DNA from: an uncultured Candidatus Rokubacteria bacterium
GTDB taxonomy: Bacteria > Methylomirabilota > Methylomirabilia > Rokubacteriales > CSP1-6
Reading direction: 5' to 3'
Length of the DNA stretch: 64,000 bases
Assembly (NCBI GenBank): GCA_963789955.1
Contig: CAWBMV010000022.1
Span: 512,001-576,000, forward strand
Shown here: piece by piece, positions 1-10,026 of the stretch
Numbering within the stretch: position 1 is the stretch's first letter
Layout of the letters: the number at the start of each line of letters is the position of its first letter
Translations under genes and position numbers: made by a program
The notes under the pieces: generated by a model
What the model saw: only the letters and a program-made list of their open reading frames with translations
Told to the model about the DNA's origin: nothing
Databases searched by the model: none

Positions 1-819
1 ACGCACCGCGACCGAAACTTCGCCGCGAAAGCGTACTGTTTCAACGCCGCCTGGAAGGCGGTCGATGGGCTCGACTATGACGTAATCGGCAATCTCGATG
101 CGGACATTACGTTTGAGCCCGACTATTTCGAGTTCTTGTTGACGAAGTTCGCCGAGATCCGCGATCTCGGAGTCGCTGGCACGCCGTTCTTGCAACACGG
201 CGGCTACGATTCGTCCCGTGACAGTTTTGAAGGCGAGAATCATGTTGCGGGCGGTTGCCAACTCTTCCGGCGCGGCTGTTTCGAAGAGCTCGGCGGATAT
301 GTTCCCGCCAAAGGTGGAGGGGTGGATTGGATCGCCGTCACAACAGCCCGGATGAATGGCTGGAAGACTCGGTCGTTTCGCGCGAAGCGTTTCATCCACC
401 ATCGCCCCCTCGGCACCGCCGAACGCAGCTCGCTGTCAGCGTTCTATTCTTACGGCGAGAAGGATTATTGTTTCGGAGGGAGCCCTGTGTGGGAAGTCTG
501 CAGGGTCGCGTATCGAATGAGCAAGCCCCCGCTCGTCCTGGGGGGGCTCGCGTTAGGGGCGGGCTTTCTTTCCGCGGCCATCCGCAGGGTCGAGAGGCCG
601 GTCTCGGCTGATTTGATGCGCTTCCATCGGCTCGAGCAGATGAGAAAACTCAAGGCGATTGTCGAAACGCTCGCTCTGCTCAAAAAATTGGACAACTTCA
701 CCCTTCACGCACGCCCCCGAAACTCTCTCCAGGGGATCATTGTCGCGATCCTGGCCGGGGCCCCGCTGGCCAGGATCGAGGCCTTGGTGGACCACTTCTT
801 GCAGTGGCTCGTATGGTAG
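1..819 (+). CDS. Glycosyltransferase family 2 (5' end outside window)
   Basis: Frame 1 is open from base 1: RNFAAKAYCFN...IGNLDADI (DxD motif), VAGGCQLFRRGCFEELGGY, GGVDWIA. Confidence 0.85.
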   Translation, partial: THRDRNFAAKAYCFNAAWKAVDGLDYDVIGNLDADITFEPDYFEFLLTKFAEIRDLGVAGTPFLQHGGYDSSRDSFEGENHVAGGCQLFRRGCFEELGGYVPAKGGGVDWIAVTTARMNGWKTRSFRAKRFIHHRPLGTAERSSLSAFYSYGEKDYCFGGSPVWEVCRVAYRMSKPPLVLGGLALGAGFLSAAIRRVERPVSADLMRFHRLEQMRKLKAIVETLALLKKLDNFTLHARPRNSLQGIIVAILAGAPLARIEALVDHFLQWLVW

Positions 820-1617
820 AGCGGAATCGTGCCGTGGGGCTCAAAAGAAGGCTCAAACGAAATGCGCGTGTCGTCAGGAATGGCGTGAAATTTGCGCTCT
901 TTCGACTGCAAACATTCCGGTCGCGCAAGGAGAAGTTCGAGTGTCCGGTGTGCGGCTACATCGGCCCGCTCATGGATGTGCATCCTCCGACGGGTCTGAG
1001 AAAACACGCGAAATGTCCCTATTGTGGCGCGCTCGAGCGCCACAGACTGCAATACCTCGTGATCAGAGGCGTGTTGCAGGGTCGCGATACGTCAGCGATG
1101 AGCATGCTTCACTTCGCGCCCGAACCATGTTTTCGCCGATTGTTTCGCCGGCAGTTCGGACAGTACGAGACTGTCGACCTGGCTATGGACGATGTCGACT
1201 GCACATGTCGATATCCGAAACCTTCCATTCCGTGATGCGAGCTATGACTTCGTCATGGCGTCAGCGGTGCTCGACTACGTCCCCGACGACAGTACGGCGA
1301 TACGAGAAATTCGCCGGGTTCTCAAGCCACATGGCGTGGCGATTCTTCCCATCTCACTGGCAAGTCCCAAGACGATCGAATATTCGGAGCCGAATCCCTA
1401 CGAGGCTGGCCATCTGCGCGCGTGTGGGATGGACTATTTCGAGCGGTACGAACCCTATTTTCGTGAAGTGCAACGAATCGCTTCGGACTCTTTGCCCGCG
1501 AGATATCAGCTGTTCATTTATGAAGATAGAACTCTGTGGCCGAACAAGAGATCGCCACTGCGCGTGTCCATGCCGGGTGAAAAGCATATCGACGTTGTTC
1601 CTGTCTGTTACGCGTGA
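813..1617 (+). CDS. Class I SAM-dependent methyltransferase with N-terminal CxxC...CxxC; frameshift at ~1203
   Basis: CPVCG...CPYCGALERHR, LHFAPEP, then DIRNLPFRDASYD...VLDYVPDD..AIREIRRVLKPHG in the next frame; one extra base in gactgcacatgtc. Confidence 0.8.
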
Positions 1618-1663
1618 CGCCGACATGCGCGGCGTGCTTCGTGGCAGCCCTTCGTTCTAGGAC

Positions 1664-2695
1664 ATGAAACGCCATCTGGGCGCGCTCGTCAGATACTTGC
1701 CGCTGCCTCTCATGAGGACGATGCTGCCGGGTCGTGTGTTCATCGTGTGCTATCACGCCGTCAGCTCCCGCCCACTCCCTCACATGCGGAATCTGTATGA
1801 CATCAAATCGCCGCACCAGTTCGAGCAAGACCTGCTCTTCTTCAAGGAGCACTGCTACGTCGCGAGCCACGACGAGCTCGTCGCGCACCAGGAGGGCCGG
1901 CATCGCCTCCCTGACGGTTCGGTATGCATCACGTTCGACGACGGTTTTGCCGAGTGCCATGACACGGTGCGGCCCTTGCTTCTGAGGTATGGGCTCCCGT
2001 GTACGTTTTTCGTCTGTGAGAGCGTGGTCGACAATCGAGCGATGATATATCGGAACGCCATCAGCCTCTGTCTCGACGCCTTGCGCGGTATGAACGACGA
2101 AGAGCTCGGGGCCGCACGGGTGCGCCTCGGTGAGGGCTGTGGCGTTCGGTTCACGAATCGGGAGCAGCTTCGAAACTGGATACTGGGCTTGACGTATTCG
2201 CAGCGTGACAGAGTGCAGCTGATCTGTGAGGTTCTGGGGCTCGACACTGATGAGTTCCTTCGTCGTGAAAAGCCCTACATGACTCGGGAGCAGATCCTGG
2301 ACCTGCACCGCGACGGCTTCACGATCGGTGGACATTCGTGCAATCACCCTGAACTGTGGCTTCTGGATTGGGAGAACGCGACTCGCGAGATCGTTGACTC
2401 CTGCGATGCCGTGCGCGAGCTGACGAATCAAGAACGGGTCCCGTTCGCTTTCCCTTTCAACGGCGCGACTCTCAGCCGAGACAAACTCGTGCAATTGCGG
2501 CGGGAGCACCCATTTCTGAGCCTGTTCTACGACACGAACAACTTGCGGCTGGAACAGAAGTTCATTGTGAACCGGATCGCGGGCGACACGCCGGCAGGAT
2601 GTGAGACTGGTGAATCGAATTTCCCACTGCTGATGCGAGAGGCCTACGCTCTGGAGCCCCTGAGACAGATCAAGCGCATGGCGCGAGGGCTGTAA
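1664..2695 (+). CDS. Polysaccharide deacetylase (NodB/CE4)
   Basis: CYHAV, ITFDDGF, IGGHSCNHP, FAFPFNG motifs. Confidence 0.88.
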   Translation: MKRHLGALVRYLPLPLMRTMLPGRVFIVCYHAVSSRPLPHMRNLYDIKSPHQFEQDLLFFKEHCYVASHDELVAHQEGRHRLPDGSVCITFDDGFAECHDTVRPLLLRYGLPCTFFVCESVVDNRAMIYRNAISLCLDALRGMNDEELGAARVRLGEGCGVRFTNREQLRNWILGLTYSQRDRVQLICEVLGLDTDEFLRREKPYMTREQILDLHRDGFTIGGHSCNHPELWLLDWENATREIVDSCDAVRELTNQERVPFAFPFNGATLSRDKLVQLRREHPFLSLFYDTNNLRLEQKFIVNRIAGDTPAGCETGESNFPLLMREAYALEPLRQIKRMARGL

Positions 2696-2749
2696 CGCCG
2701 AGCCACGCTCATCGCCGATCTGGTTCCCTTCCGGCCCGCGAAGGATCAG

Positions 2750-2965
2750 CTGCCGCCGCTCATGGTCTACGTCGCCGCGGGCATGATCACCGCGAGCCTC
2801 GGCGTATGATCGGCTTGCTTGGCCACACCGACTCGATGCGCGCGTTCGCGAGCGTCGAGGCGTGTTCGGCTGTCCACGTTGCTCGCGCCGATCGGCTACG
2901 TCGTGCAGGACGTGGTCGCCGACGTGATGACGGTCGAGGCCGTGCCGCGCGTTGACGCCGAGGGC
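2750..2965 (+). pseudogene. Decayed partial duplicate of the BT1-family transporter gene at 4763-6418
   Basis: DNA blocks match 4868-4902 and ~5085-5270 (LPPLMVYVAAG; LSTLLAPIGYVVQDVVAD.MTVEAVPR), with an internal deletion and indels. Confidence 0.85.
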
Positions 2966-3599
2966 GGCGACCAGTATGGCTCCCTCGCGGTAAAGGTTGA
3001 CGTTCAGTCCTGGCGGCCGCGAGCCCGCCGTGAAGGGCTCTAGTCGGTTGCAGGAGGGACGAGGGCTCCTTTGGTCGGTGCAGCAAGACTTCGATGGGGC
3101 CGTCGGCGCGTGTGATTACCACGCGATCTGACTGATCCGCTCACCTGCCCGCCGCCAGCTATCTCGCGTCTATAGCTCGAGATTCGCTTCGTGACCAGAT
3201 CATGGACGAACGCGACACGAGTGTCGTCGCTGATTGCTCGCATAGAGTGCCAATGTCGACACCGCAGCGAGTGGGCCGTCGTTGCCGAGGATGCCGAGTC
3301 CGAACGATCGGGATGGAAGAGTGTGCGTTTTGCGATAATTCGTAATCTCCGCGCGAGGACAGCTCGCACCACGTCGTGCTCGCGAGGGGCAGAAGCCTCG
3401 AGCGGTCTTGCGGAGGGCAATGGCGACTGGTGAGCCGGGTAAGACGCGTGCGATGCGATGAACAGACGACCGACACCCCGGCCATGCAAGGTTGAGTGGA
3501 GCAGCCGCCTCCCACCCGCCCGCTGCGCAATGCCGAGCGGACGATCGCGAGATCGATGGAAATGCGCCGACGCACATCGTGTGCGACGCCGCGCCACCG

Positions 3600-3839
3600 G
3601 ACGAGCCTCGGCGGATGTGCCGCGAACGGCCAGACGAATCGTCCGGCCGCTGCGGATCGGCCACGGCGCCGACTCTGCAAGTGACGGCGCCCGTAATGAA
3701 AAGAATGACGTCGTCGTAATCGTTGTCGTCGTAGAACCCGGGAATCCACGTCGGGTCCGTCGGGGCTGGCGTGGGCACAGGGGGGAAGCGCGAGCAGGAC
3801 GCCCAGGAGGAGAGCAGCAACTAACCCCCGGGATCTCAT
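3600..3839 (-). CDS. Small secreted hypothetical protein, frameshifted; 3' end uncertain
   Basis: Signal peptide MRSRGLVAALLLGVLLALPPCAHAS, continuing after a frameshift as PTDPTWIPGFYDDNDYDDVILFIT. Confidence 0.45.
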
Positions 3840-3946
3840 GGTCCCGCGACCATACGCCGGTCGCACATCAGGCGCAAGGGCCCGAGAGACGTTCCGCGAA
3901 GCGGACCGATACGCGCGGAAACTGATGCAGACTTCAGGCGCGCGCG

Positions 3947-4237
3947 TCAGACTCCTTCGACGATGCGGATGTCGCGCTCGGCGCCGCTGCCGAGCGCCTT
4001 CAGCGCGGCCTGGTAGCCGGGGCTGTCGTGCGCCGCGGTCGCCTGCGCGACGCTGTCGAACTCGATCAGGACCGTGCGCTGGTTCATGCCGACCTCGTAG
4101 GTCTTCGACGGCATGCCGCGCGCGAGAAAGCGGCCGCCCGCGGCCTGGATGGCCGGCGCCGCGAGCTTCGCGTACGCGGCCAGCGCGTCAGGGTTCTTGA
4201 TGGAGTGATAGCACGCGATCCAGTACGCCTTCGCCAT
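3947..4237 (-). CDS. DUF1330 domain-containing protein
   Basis: MAKAYWI...AGGRFLARG...RTVLIEFDS...YQAAL...RDIRIVEG; GGAGG RBS. Confidence 0.9.
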   Translation of the reverse strand: MAKAYWIACYHSIKNPDALAAYAKLAAPAIQAAGGRFLARGMPSKTYEVGMNQRTVLIEFDSVAQATAAHDSPGYQAALKALGSGAERDIRIVEGV

Positions 4238-4262
4238 GACGTCCTCCTATTCTCATTCTTGT

Positions 4263-4311
4263 GCGCGCCTCGGCCGGCGGGGCCCCAGCCCCGCGACGGC
4301 CTGCAGCGCGC
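4263..4311 (-). repeat. Single inverted copy of the ~64-bp palindromic intergenic repeat
   Basis: Reverse complement matches the core of the 23864-24054 unit. Confidence 0.85.
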
Positions 4312-4322
4312 ACGGCTGCTCG

Positions 4323-4685
4323 TTACTTCTTCTTGAACGCGCCTTCGTGGTCGAGCTGCATCAGCGCCTGCACGCCCGTGCTCAGGGTCGGGCCACCGCC
4401 CGGCACCGCCGCCGACTCGATCGCCTCGAGCAGCTCACGCTTGGTGGCGCCGTGCTCGATGGCCCGGCGCATGTGCGTCACCACGCCGTTCTCGAGGCCG
4501 CGGTAGGCCAGAATCCCGATGATGACCATCTCGCGATGCTTGATCGAGAGCTCCTTGCCCTCGCCGACCGACAGCGCGCTCAACGGCCCGCGGGCCCGCA
4601 CGTACTCCGGATCTTCTTTCGCCATCCAGTCCCAGAACGGGTAGCCGTATGGGCTGGCGGTCTTGCCGTCGACCTTGTCGCTCAT
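4323..4685 (-). CDS. Carboxymuconolactone decarboxylase/AhpD family protein
   Basis: LSIKHREMVIIGILA...HMRRAIEHGAT..ELLEAIE; start MSDK follows AGGAGG. Confidence 0.85.
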   Translation of the reverse strand: MSDKVDGKTASPYGYPFWDWMAKEDPEYVRARGPLSALSVGEGKELSIKHREMVIIGILAYRGLENGVVTHMRRAIEHGATKRELLEAIESAAVPGGGPTLSTGVQALMQLDHEGAFKKK

Positions 4686-4762
4686 CGTGACCCTCCTGAA
4701 GGTTTTCGCGCCGAAGGTATCACATTGCCCGGAACGGTGATTCCGGGCATACCCTGTGACCA

Positions 4763-6418
4763 ATGGCGTCCGCGCCGCCTTCCACCGCGCCGGGAGCCGT
4801 CGGCTTCGCCCGGTCCTGGATCGATCGAAACTTCCTGGCTCTCGGGCGGGAGATGCGCCTGTCGTATCTGCCGCCGCTCATGGTGTACGTCGCGGCGGGC
4901 ATCTCCGGGCTCACGGCGATCGTCGCCACGTTCTACATCAAGGAGCGTCTGGGGCTGTCCGCGGAGTTCCTCGCCGGGCTCGGCTTCTGGGCGGGCCTGC
5001 CGTGGGCGCTCAAGGTGCCGCTCGGGCATCTGGTCGATTTGATCTGGCGCTGGAAGGGCGCGCTCGTCTTCGTGGGCGCGGGCACGATCACCGCGAGCCT
5101 CGCGATCATGATCGGCCTGCTCGGCTACACCGACTCGATGCGCGCGCTCTGGAGCATCGAGGCGTGGTTCGTGCTGTCCACCTTGCTCGCGCCGATCGGC
5201 TACGTCGTGCAGGACGTCGTCGCCGACGCGATGACGGTCGAGGCGGTGCCGCGCTTCGACGCCGACGGCACTCCGATCGGCATGGCCGAGCGCAAATCGA
5301 TGAACACCACCGTGCAGACGCTCGGTCGCGTCGCGATCATCGGCGGCTCCGTGCTGGTCTCGCTCGCCAACGTGTACCTGCTGCGTGGAGTGGGGGACAT
5401 GCCCGCGGCCGAGAAGGCGCTGGCCTATCTCCGGGTCTATCAGCTGGCGCTGATCATTCCGGTCGTCTCGGTGCTCGGCGTCGTCCTGGCCTCGGCGCTT
5501 CGCTGGCGCGACGGTCGACGGCTGATGGCGAAGGGGTTCGCCAGGAGCGAGGCGCGCCGGATGCTGAATCCCCACGGCGAGCGGCCGCCGATCAACTGGT
5601 GGATCATCGGCGGCGGCCTCGTCTTTGCGGTCGTCTCGCTCGGGGTCGGCATCGGGAACGTCGCCGGCGGGCAGGAGATCGTGTTCGGCGCGTCGATGGC
5701 GATCGTGCTGTTCCTGATGTGGCGCATCACGAACGAGCTCGAGCCGGACGCGCGACACGTGCTGGTGGGCACGGCGGCCCTGGTGTTCGTGTTCCGGGCG
5801 ATCCCCAGCCCCGGCGCCGGCTCCACCTGGTGGATGATCGATCAGCTCGGCTTCGACCAGCAATTCCTGGCCGAGCTGTCGCTGATCGGCAGCGTCCTCA
5901 CCCTGGCCGGGTTGTTCATCTTCCGCCGCTTCATGGCCGAGCGATCGATCGCCTACATCGTCGGCTCCTTGACGGTCGTCGCCACGGTCATCGGCGCGCC
6001 GGTCGTCGGCATGTACTACGGCCTGCACCACTGGACCGCGGCGCACACCGGGGGCCTCGTGGACGCGCGCATGATCGTGCTCATCGACACGGCCATCGAA
6101 TCGCCGCTGGGCCAGATCGCGATGGTGCCGATGCTGGCCTGGATCGCGAACTCGGCGCCCGACCGGTTGAAGGCGACGTTCTTCGCGGTCATGGCCTCGT
6201 TCACCAACCTGGCGCTGGCCGCCTCGCAGCTCGGAACGAAGTACCTGAACCAGGCCTTCGTCGTCACGCGCGAGGTGAAGGACGCGTCGGGCGCGATCAC
6301 GACGCCGGCGGACTACCATCAGCTCGGGGTCTTGCTGGTGCTGACGACCGTGATCGGATTCGTGCTGCCGATGCTGGCGGTGGTCTTCGTGAAGGCGACG
6401 CGCTTCCGCAGCGCCTGA
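4763..6418 (+). CDS. BT1 (folate/biopterin-like) MFS transporter
   Basis: Many hydrophobic segments; LPWALK, QDVVADAMTVE, KATFFAVMASFTNL motifs. Confidence 0.75.
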   Translation: MASAPPSTAPGAVGFARSWIDRNFLALGREMRLSYLPPLMVYVAAGISGLTAIVATFYIKERLGLSAEFLAGLGFWAGLPWALKVPLGHLVDLIWRWKGALVFVGAGTITASLAIMIGLLGYTDSMRALWSIEAWFVLSTLLAPIGYVVQDVVADAMTVEAVPRFDADGTPIGMAERKSMNTTVQTLGRVAIIGGSVLVSLANVYLLRGVGDMPAAEKALAYLRVYQLALIIPVVSVLGVVLASALRWRDGRRLMAKGFARSEARRMLNPHGERPPINWWIIGGGLVFAVVSLGVGIGNVAGGQEIVFGASMAIVLFLMWRITNELEPDARHVLVGTAALVFVFRAIPSPGAGSTWWMIDQLGFDQQFLAELSLIGSVLTLAGLFIFRRFMAERSIAYIVGSLTVVATVIGAPVVGMYYGLHHWTAAHTGGLVDARMIVLIDTAIESPLGQIAMVPMLAWIANSAPDRLKATFFAVMASFTNLALAASQLGTKYLNQAFVVTREVKDASGAITTPADYHQLGVLLVLTTVIGFVLPMLAVVFVKATRFRSA

Positions 6419-6435
6419 GGCGACGGGCCGCGCAG

Positions 6436-6921
6436 CTAGCGCGGCAGCAGCATGATCTCGGCGGGACTCGTTTCGGCCACCTTGATGTTCAGGCGCCAGG
6501 GTGCCGGGCCGACCTGGTCGAGCGCGAAGTACAGCACCGTATTCCCCGCCACGCGCGCGTCGCCGCTGCCGACGGGAACGCTGACGCCCACGCCGCTGCC
6601 GACGCCCACGCCGCCGCCGCGGCCGCCGCTGAAGCTGCCGCCGCCGAATCCGAAGCCGACGGTGGGGCCGGGGTTGTAGGCCATGGGTGGCTGCTCGATC
6701 GTCTGCGGCCGGACGACGGCGTTGTCGGCCCTCACGATCTGCGCGTCTTCCAGTCGATAGCCGCTGGTGTCGATTTCGACGCGCAGTCGGTCGGCCATGA
6801 CCATGTAGTCGGCGGACAGGGTCGCGCCCGACGGCTGGGATACCGGCTTGTAAGGAAGCGTGGTGCTCGAGCATCCGGTCAGCGCGATCGCCAGCGCGAA
6901 CAGGTATCTCGTGAGCTTCAT
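6436..6921 (-). CDS. Gly-rich lipoprotein
   Basis: Lipobox LTGC; GFGFGGG...GVGVGSGVGV stretch. Confidence 0.75.
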   Translation of the reverse strand: MKLTRYLFALAIALTGCSSTTLPYKPVSQPSGATLSADYMVMADRLRVEIDTSGYRLEDAQIVRADNAVVRPQTIEQPPMAYNPGPTVGFGFGGGSFSGGRGGGVGVGSGVGVSVPVGSGDARVAGNTVLYFALDQVGPAPWRLNIKVAETSPAEIMLLPR

Positions 6922-6930
6922 CGCATCCTC

Positions 6931-8859
6931 CTAACCGGAGTGTAGTTGACCACCGGCTTGCTTGGCCACCACCTGAAGGATCCCGGCCCCGTACTTCGCT
7001 GCCTTATATGGTCCCACACCGTGGGCGCGCTCGAGCTCGGCGAGGTCGCGGGGGCGGAGCGCGGCGATGTCGCGCAGGGTGCGGTCGCTGGCGACGATGA
7101 ACGGGGCGACGCCTTCGGCTCGGGCCACGGTGAGGCGATAACGACGGAGCGCCTCGAAAAGATCCTGCGCCGGCGCGTCCAGCTCGGCGGGCTCGCGCGC
7201 GGCCAGGCTCGCGGGCACGCGGTCGATCGTCGCCGTATCGCGTCGGCGCGCCGGCTCGGCGCCCGGGCTGCGCGCTTCGGGCGGGAGCAGAAGCCTCGCC
7301 GGACGCTCGCCGCGCATCACGGCGCGCCCGTCGTCGGTGAGCGTGACGACCGGGCGGTCGATACCGGCGAAGCTCACCCAGCCGGCCGAGACGCACCGGC
7401 GCAGCAGCGCGACCAGCCACGGCGCCGCGTGCTCCTTGAGGTTGCCGAAGGTCTTCACGGTGGTGAGTCCGGCCCGATCGAGGCGCTCGTCGGGCTCGCC
7501 GCGGACCAGCTTGACGGCGAGCTGGAGCCCGAAGCGCCCGTGCACACGCGCGACGCCCGAGAGCGCTTTGCGGACGATCAAGGTCACGCGCTCGGGATCG
7601 CGCGCCTCCGGAGCGTCGCCGAGGGCGAGACACACGTCGCAGCGGCCGCAGCCGGCGAGCGTCTCCGCTTCGTCGCCGAAGTAACGAAGAATCGCGTCGT
7701 GGCGGCAGCTGCCGCCCTCGGCCCAGCGAATCAGCTCGAGGAACATGCTCCACTTGTGCTCGACCACTGCGGCGTCCGCGGTCGCGTCGCCGGCGCCCCG
7801 CTCGAGGAGCGCCCGCCGCAGCGGCAGATCGCGCGTGCTGATGAGCAGGAGCCCGAGCGCGGGGGCGCCGTCGCGGCCGGCGCGCCCGACTTCCTGGTAG
7901 TAGGCTTCGATCGATCCCGGCGGGCCGAGATGGATCACCGCGCGGACGTCCGGACGGTCGATCCCCATCCCGAACGCGTTGGTCGCCACCACGATCTCGA
8001 GCTGGCCGTCCGCGAACTCGCGCTGCGCGACGTCGCGCGTCTTCCCGTCGAGCCCGGCGTGGTACGCCCGCACGCGCCAGCGGCGCGCGGCGAGCCGCGC
8101 GCTTTCTTCGTCCGCTTGCTTGCGCGTCGGCGCGTAGACGATGGCCGTCCCGCGCGCGCGCCCCGGACCGCCGAGCGCCTCGGCGAGGGCGCCGTCCACG
8201 AGGCTGTCTCGCTCGCGACGCCCGCCGATCTCGGCGGCGCGCAGCGCCAGGTTGGGCCGCGCGAAGCCGCGCACGATCTGCGGCGTATCCGGCGGCAGAC
8301 CGAGCCGGGCGAGGATCTCGTCGCGCACGATCGGCGTCGCGGTCGCCGTGCAGGCCAGCACGCGCGCGCGGGGCAGATCGCCGAGCACGGCGCCGATCTC
8401 GAGATACTCCGGCCGGAAGTCGTGACCCCACTCGCTGATGCAGTGGGCCTCGTCGATCGCGACGAGCGGGCAGTCGAACTCGCGCAGGAGTGCCCGGAAT
8501 CCGGGGAACGCGAGACGCTCGGGCGCGACGTAGACGAGCGCCATCTCGCGCCGGGCGATCAGCGCCATGCGCCGGCGCATCTCCGATGCGTCGAGCGTGG
8601 ACGCGAGATAGGTCGCGCGGACCCCGCGCGCCTCGAGCGCCTGGACCTGATCGGCCATGAGCGCCACCAGCGGCGACACGACCAGGGTCGTTCCTTGCAG
8701 GATCGTCGCCGGGAGCTGGTAGCTCAGGCTCTTGCCGCCGCCCGTCGGCGCCACGAGCAGGAGCCGGCCCTGCGCGAACAAGGTTTCCACCGCCTCGCGC
8801 TGGCCCGGACGAAACTCCGTGTAGCCCAGCCGCGCGAGGGCCACGTCGAGGTCGCTCAC
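6931..8859 (-). CDS. recQ: ATP-dependent DNA helicase RecQ
   Basis: PTGGGKS, DEAHCISEWGHDFRPEY, TATAT, ATNAFGMGID, YYQEVGRAGRDG, Zn motif CR...CGRCDVC, RQC and HRDC domains. Confidence 0.95.
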   Translation of the reverse strand: MSDLDVALARLGYTEFRPGQREAVETLFAQGRLLLVAPTGGGKSLSYQLPATILQGTTLVVSPLVALMADQVQALEARGVRATYLASTLDASEMRRRMALIARREMALVYVAPERLAFPGFRALLREFDCPLVAIDEAHCISEWGHDFRPEYLEIGAVLGDLPRARVLACTATATPIVRDEILARLGLPPDTPQIVRGFARPNLALRAAEIGGRRERDSLVDGALAEALGGPGRARGTAIVYAPTRKQADEESARLAARRWRVRAYHAGLDGKTRDVAQREFADGQLEIVVATNAFGMGIDRPDVRAVIHLGPPGSIEAYYQEVGRAGRDGAPALGLLLISTRDLPLRRALLERGAGDATADAAVVEHKWSMFLELIRWAEGGSCRHDAILRYFGDEAETLAGCGRCDVCLALGDAPEARDPERVTLIVRKALSGVARVHGRFGLQLAVKLVRGEPDERLDRAGLTTVKTFGNLKEHAAPWLVALLRRCVSAGWVSFAGIDRPVVTLTDDGRAVMRGERPARLLLPPEARSPGAEPARRRDTATIDRVPASLAAREPAELDAPAQDLFEALRRYRLTVARAEGVAPFIVASDRTLRDIAALRPRDLAELERAHGVGPYKAAKYGAGILQVVAKQAGGQLHSG

Positions 8860-9070
8860 GCTTCACCCGTCACGCCTCTGGATATAGCAGAGGCGCTCGT
8901 GACCAACAACGCGTCCACGAAATGTGTCATCCAGCGGTGGGCGACGATGCGGCGCGAGCGGGCGAGGCAGCGGCGCGCGCCGCGGCGCGTGTCAGCGATG
9001 AGGGGCGACGGCGAAGGGCGCGCAGATCACGAGACCGCGCGATCCCGCGAGCACGACGTGATTCGAGCGA

Positions 9071-9208
9071 TCAGCGGACGCCGTCGGCGCGCACGATGAA
9101 GTGCTTCTGCGCCGCCGGCATTTCGACGTCGATGGGTTTCGGGTTGATCGACGCGCAACCGACGAGCAGGAGGACCAATCCAAGGGACGCATACCGGAGA
9201 GCCACCAT
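9071..9208 (-). CDS. 45-aa small lipoprotein (not in ORF track)
   Basis: MVALRYASLGLVLLLVGC-ASINPKPIDVEMPAAQKHFIVRADGVR*; CAGGAGG RBS; sigma70-like promoter upstream. Confidence 0.75.
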   Translation of the reverse strand: MVALRYASLGLVLLLVGCASINPKPIDVEMPAAQKHFIVRADGVR

Positions 9209-9241
9209 TGCTTCCTCCTGCCACGGGAGCGAGTGCGCGGC

Positions 9242-9270
9242 AGAATAGAAGCGATGCTGATTTCTGTCAA
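9242..9270 (-). promoter_or_regulatory. sigma70-type promoter for the small lipoprotein
   Basis: TTGACA-N17-TATTCT on the minus strand. Confidence 0.7.
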
Positions 9271-9346
9271 GCCGGACGTGGGGTTCCGGAAAAAATGACG
9301 GCGCGGGAGAGGCCCGCGCCGTCAGAGCTTCGCGACGAGGGAGTTC

Positions 9347-9676
9347 TTAGTTGCTGTCGCCGGGGCTCTGGATCTCGTTCCGCTCGGGGAAGGACCGGGG
9401 GCTGAGGTTCAGCTCCTGGCCATTGTGGTACGCGCGGCCGTCACGCAAGATGACCTGGTTGGCCGGGTACTGGGGCGCCGTCTGAACGCTCTGGGCCTGG
9501 ACACCCGACGCCTGACCGGCGACCTGAGGATTAGCCTGTCCCGCCTGGCACGGACCGAAGTTCGTGCCCTCGGACCCGTACGAGCCGCCACACCAGGCGC
9601 CCTGACCCTGAGCGAAGGCCATCGCCGGGATGGCCACCGCCGCTACCGCAATCGCTACGACTCCCGTCCAGCGCAT
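9347..9676 (-). CDS. Secreted hypothetical protein with a Cys pair
   Basis: Signal peptide MRWTGVV...AMAFA; WCGGSYGSEGTNFGPC; GGAG RBS. Confidence 0.75.
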   Translation of the reverse strand: MRWTGVVAIAVAAVAIPAMAFAQGQGAWCGGSYGSEGTNFGPCQAGQANPQVAGQASGVQAQSVQTAPQYPANQVILRDGRAYHNGQELNLSPRSFPERNEIQSPGDSN

Positions 9677-9752
9677 GTCGCACTCTCCGTCGTGTGTGAG
9701 ATTCACTGCACTGACTTCGACCGAATCCGCGTTTCAAGCGATTCCGAGAAAA

Positions 9753-9768
9753 AGCAACGCCGATGCCA
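9753..9768 (-). promoter_or_regulatory. sigma54 (-24/-12) promoter
   Basis: TGGCATCGGCGTTGCT (GG-N10-GC), ~77 nt upstream of the 9676 start. Confidence 0.65.
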
Positions 9769-10026
9769 AGGAGCCGCGGTCGGCCCCTGGTCGGTGGCGT
9801 GTGCACTTAGCGGGCAGAGCCAGGAGACGGGCGCGCCGCGACGGGTTTTACGATGCCGGAAAATGTTCTCTATCGGTGCCGTGCTGACAACACGTCCTCG
9901 ACGAAATTGCTTGACTCGAACGGGACGGCGCATCCGTCCGGCGTGCCAAAGACTGCGGCTTGACACGGGGCCGCGGCTGGAGCAGCCTCGCGTGAGGCTT
10001 CGAAGGACACACGGGGAGACCTTGCG

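Noticed and set aside
3358..3388. Short similarity (CACGTCGTGCTCGCG) to the reverse complement of ~9046-9060
   Set aside because: A 15-bp GC-rich match in two copies is too weak to call a repeat or binding site
4682..9099. Long alternative-frame and antisense ORFs (e.g. 4682-6874, 4756-6945, 6946-9099) and similar ones throughout
   Set aside because: Arg/Ala/Gly-rich shadow ORFs expected in high-GC DNA, overlapping clearly recognisable genes
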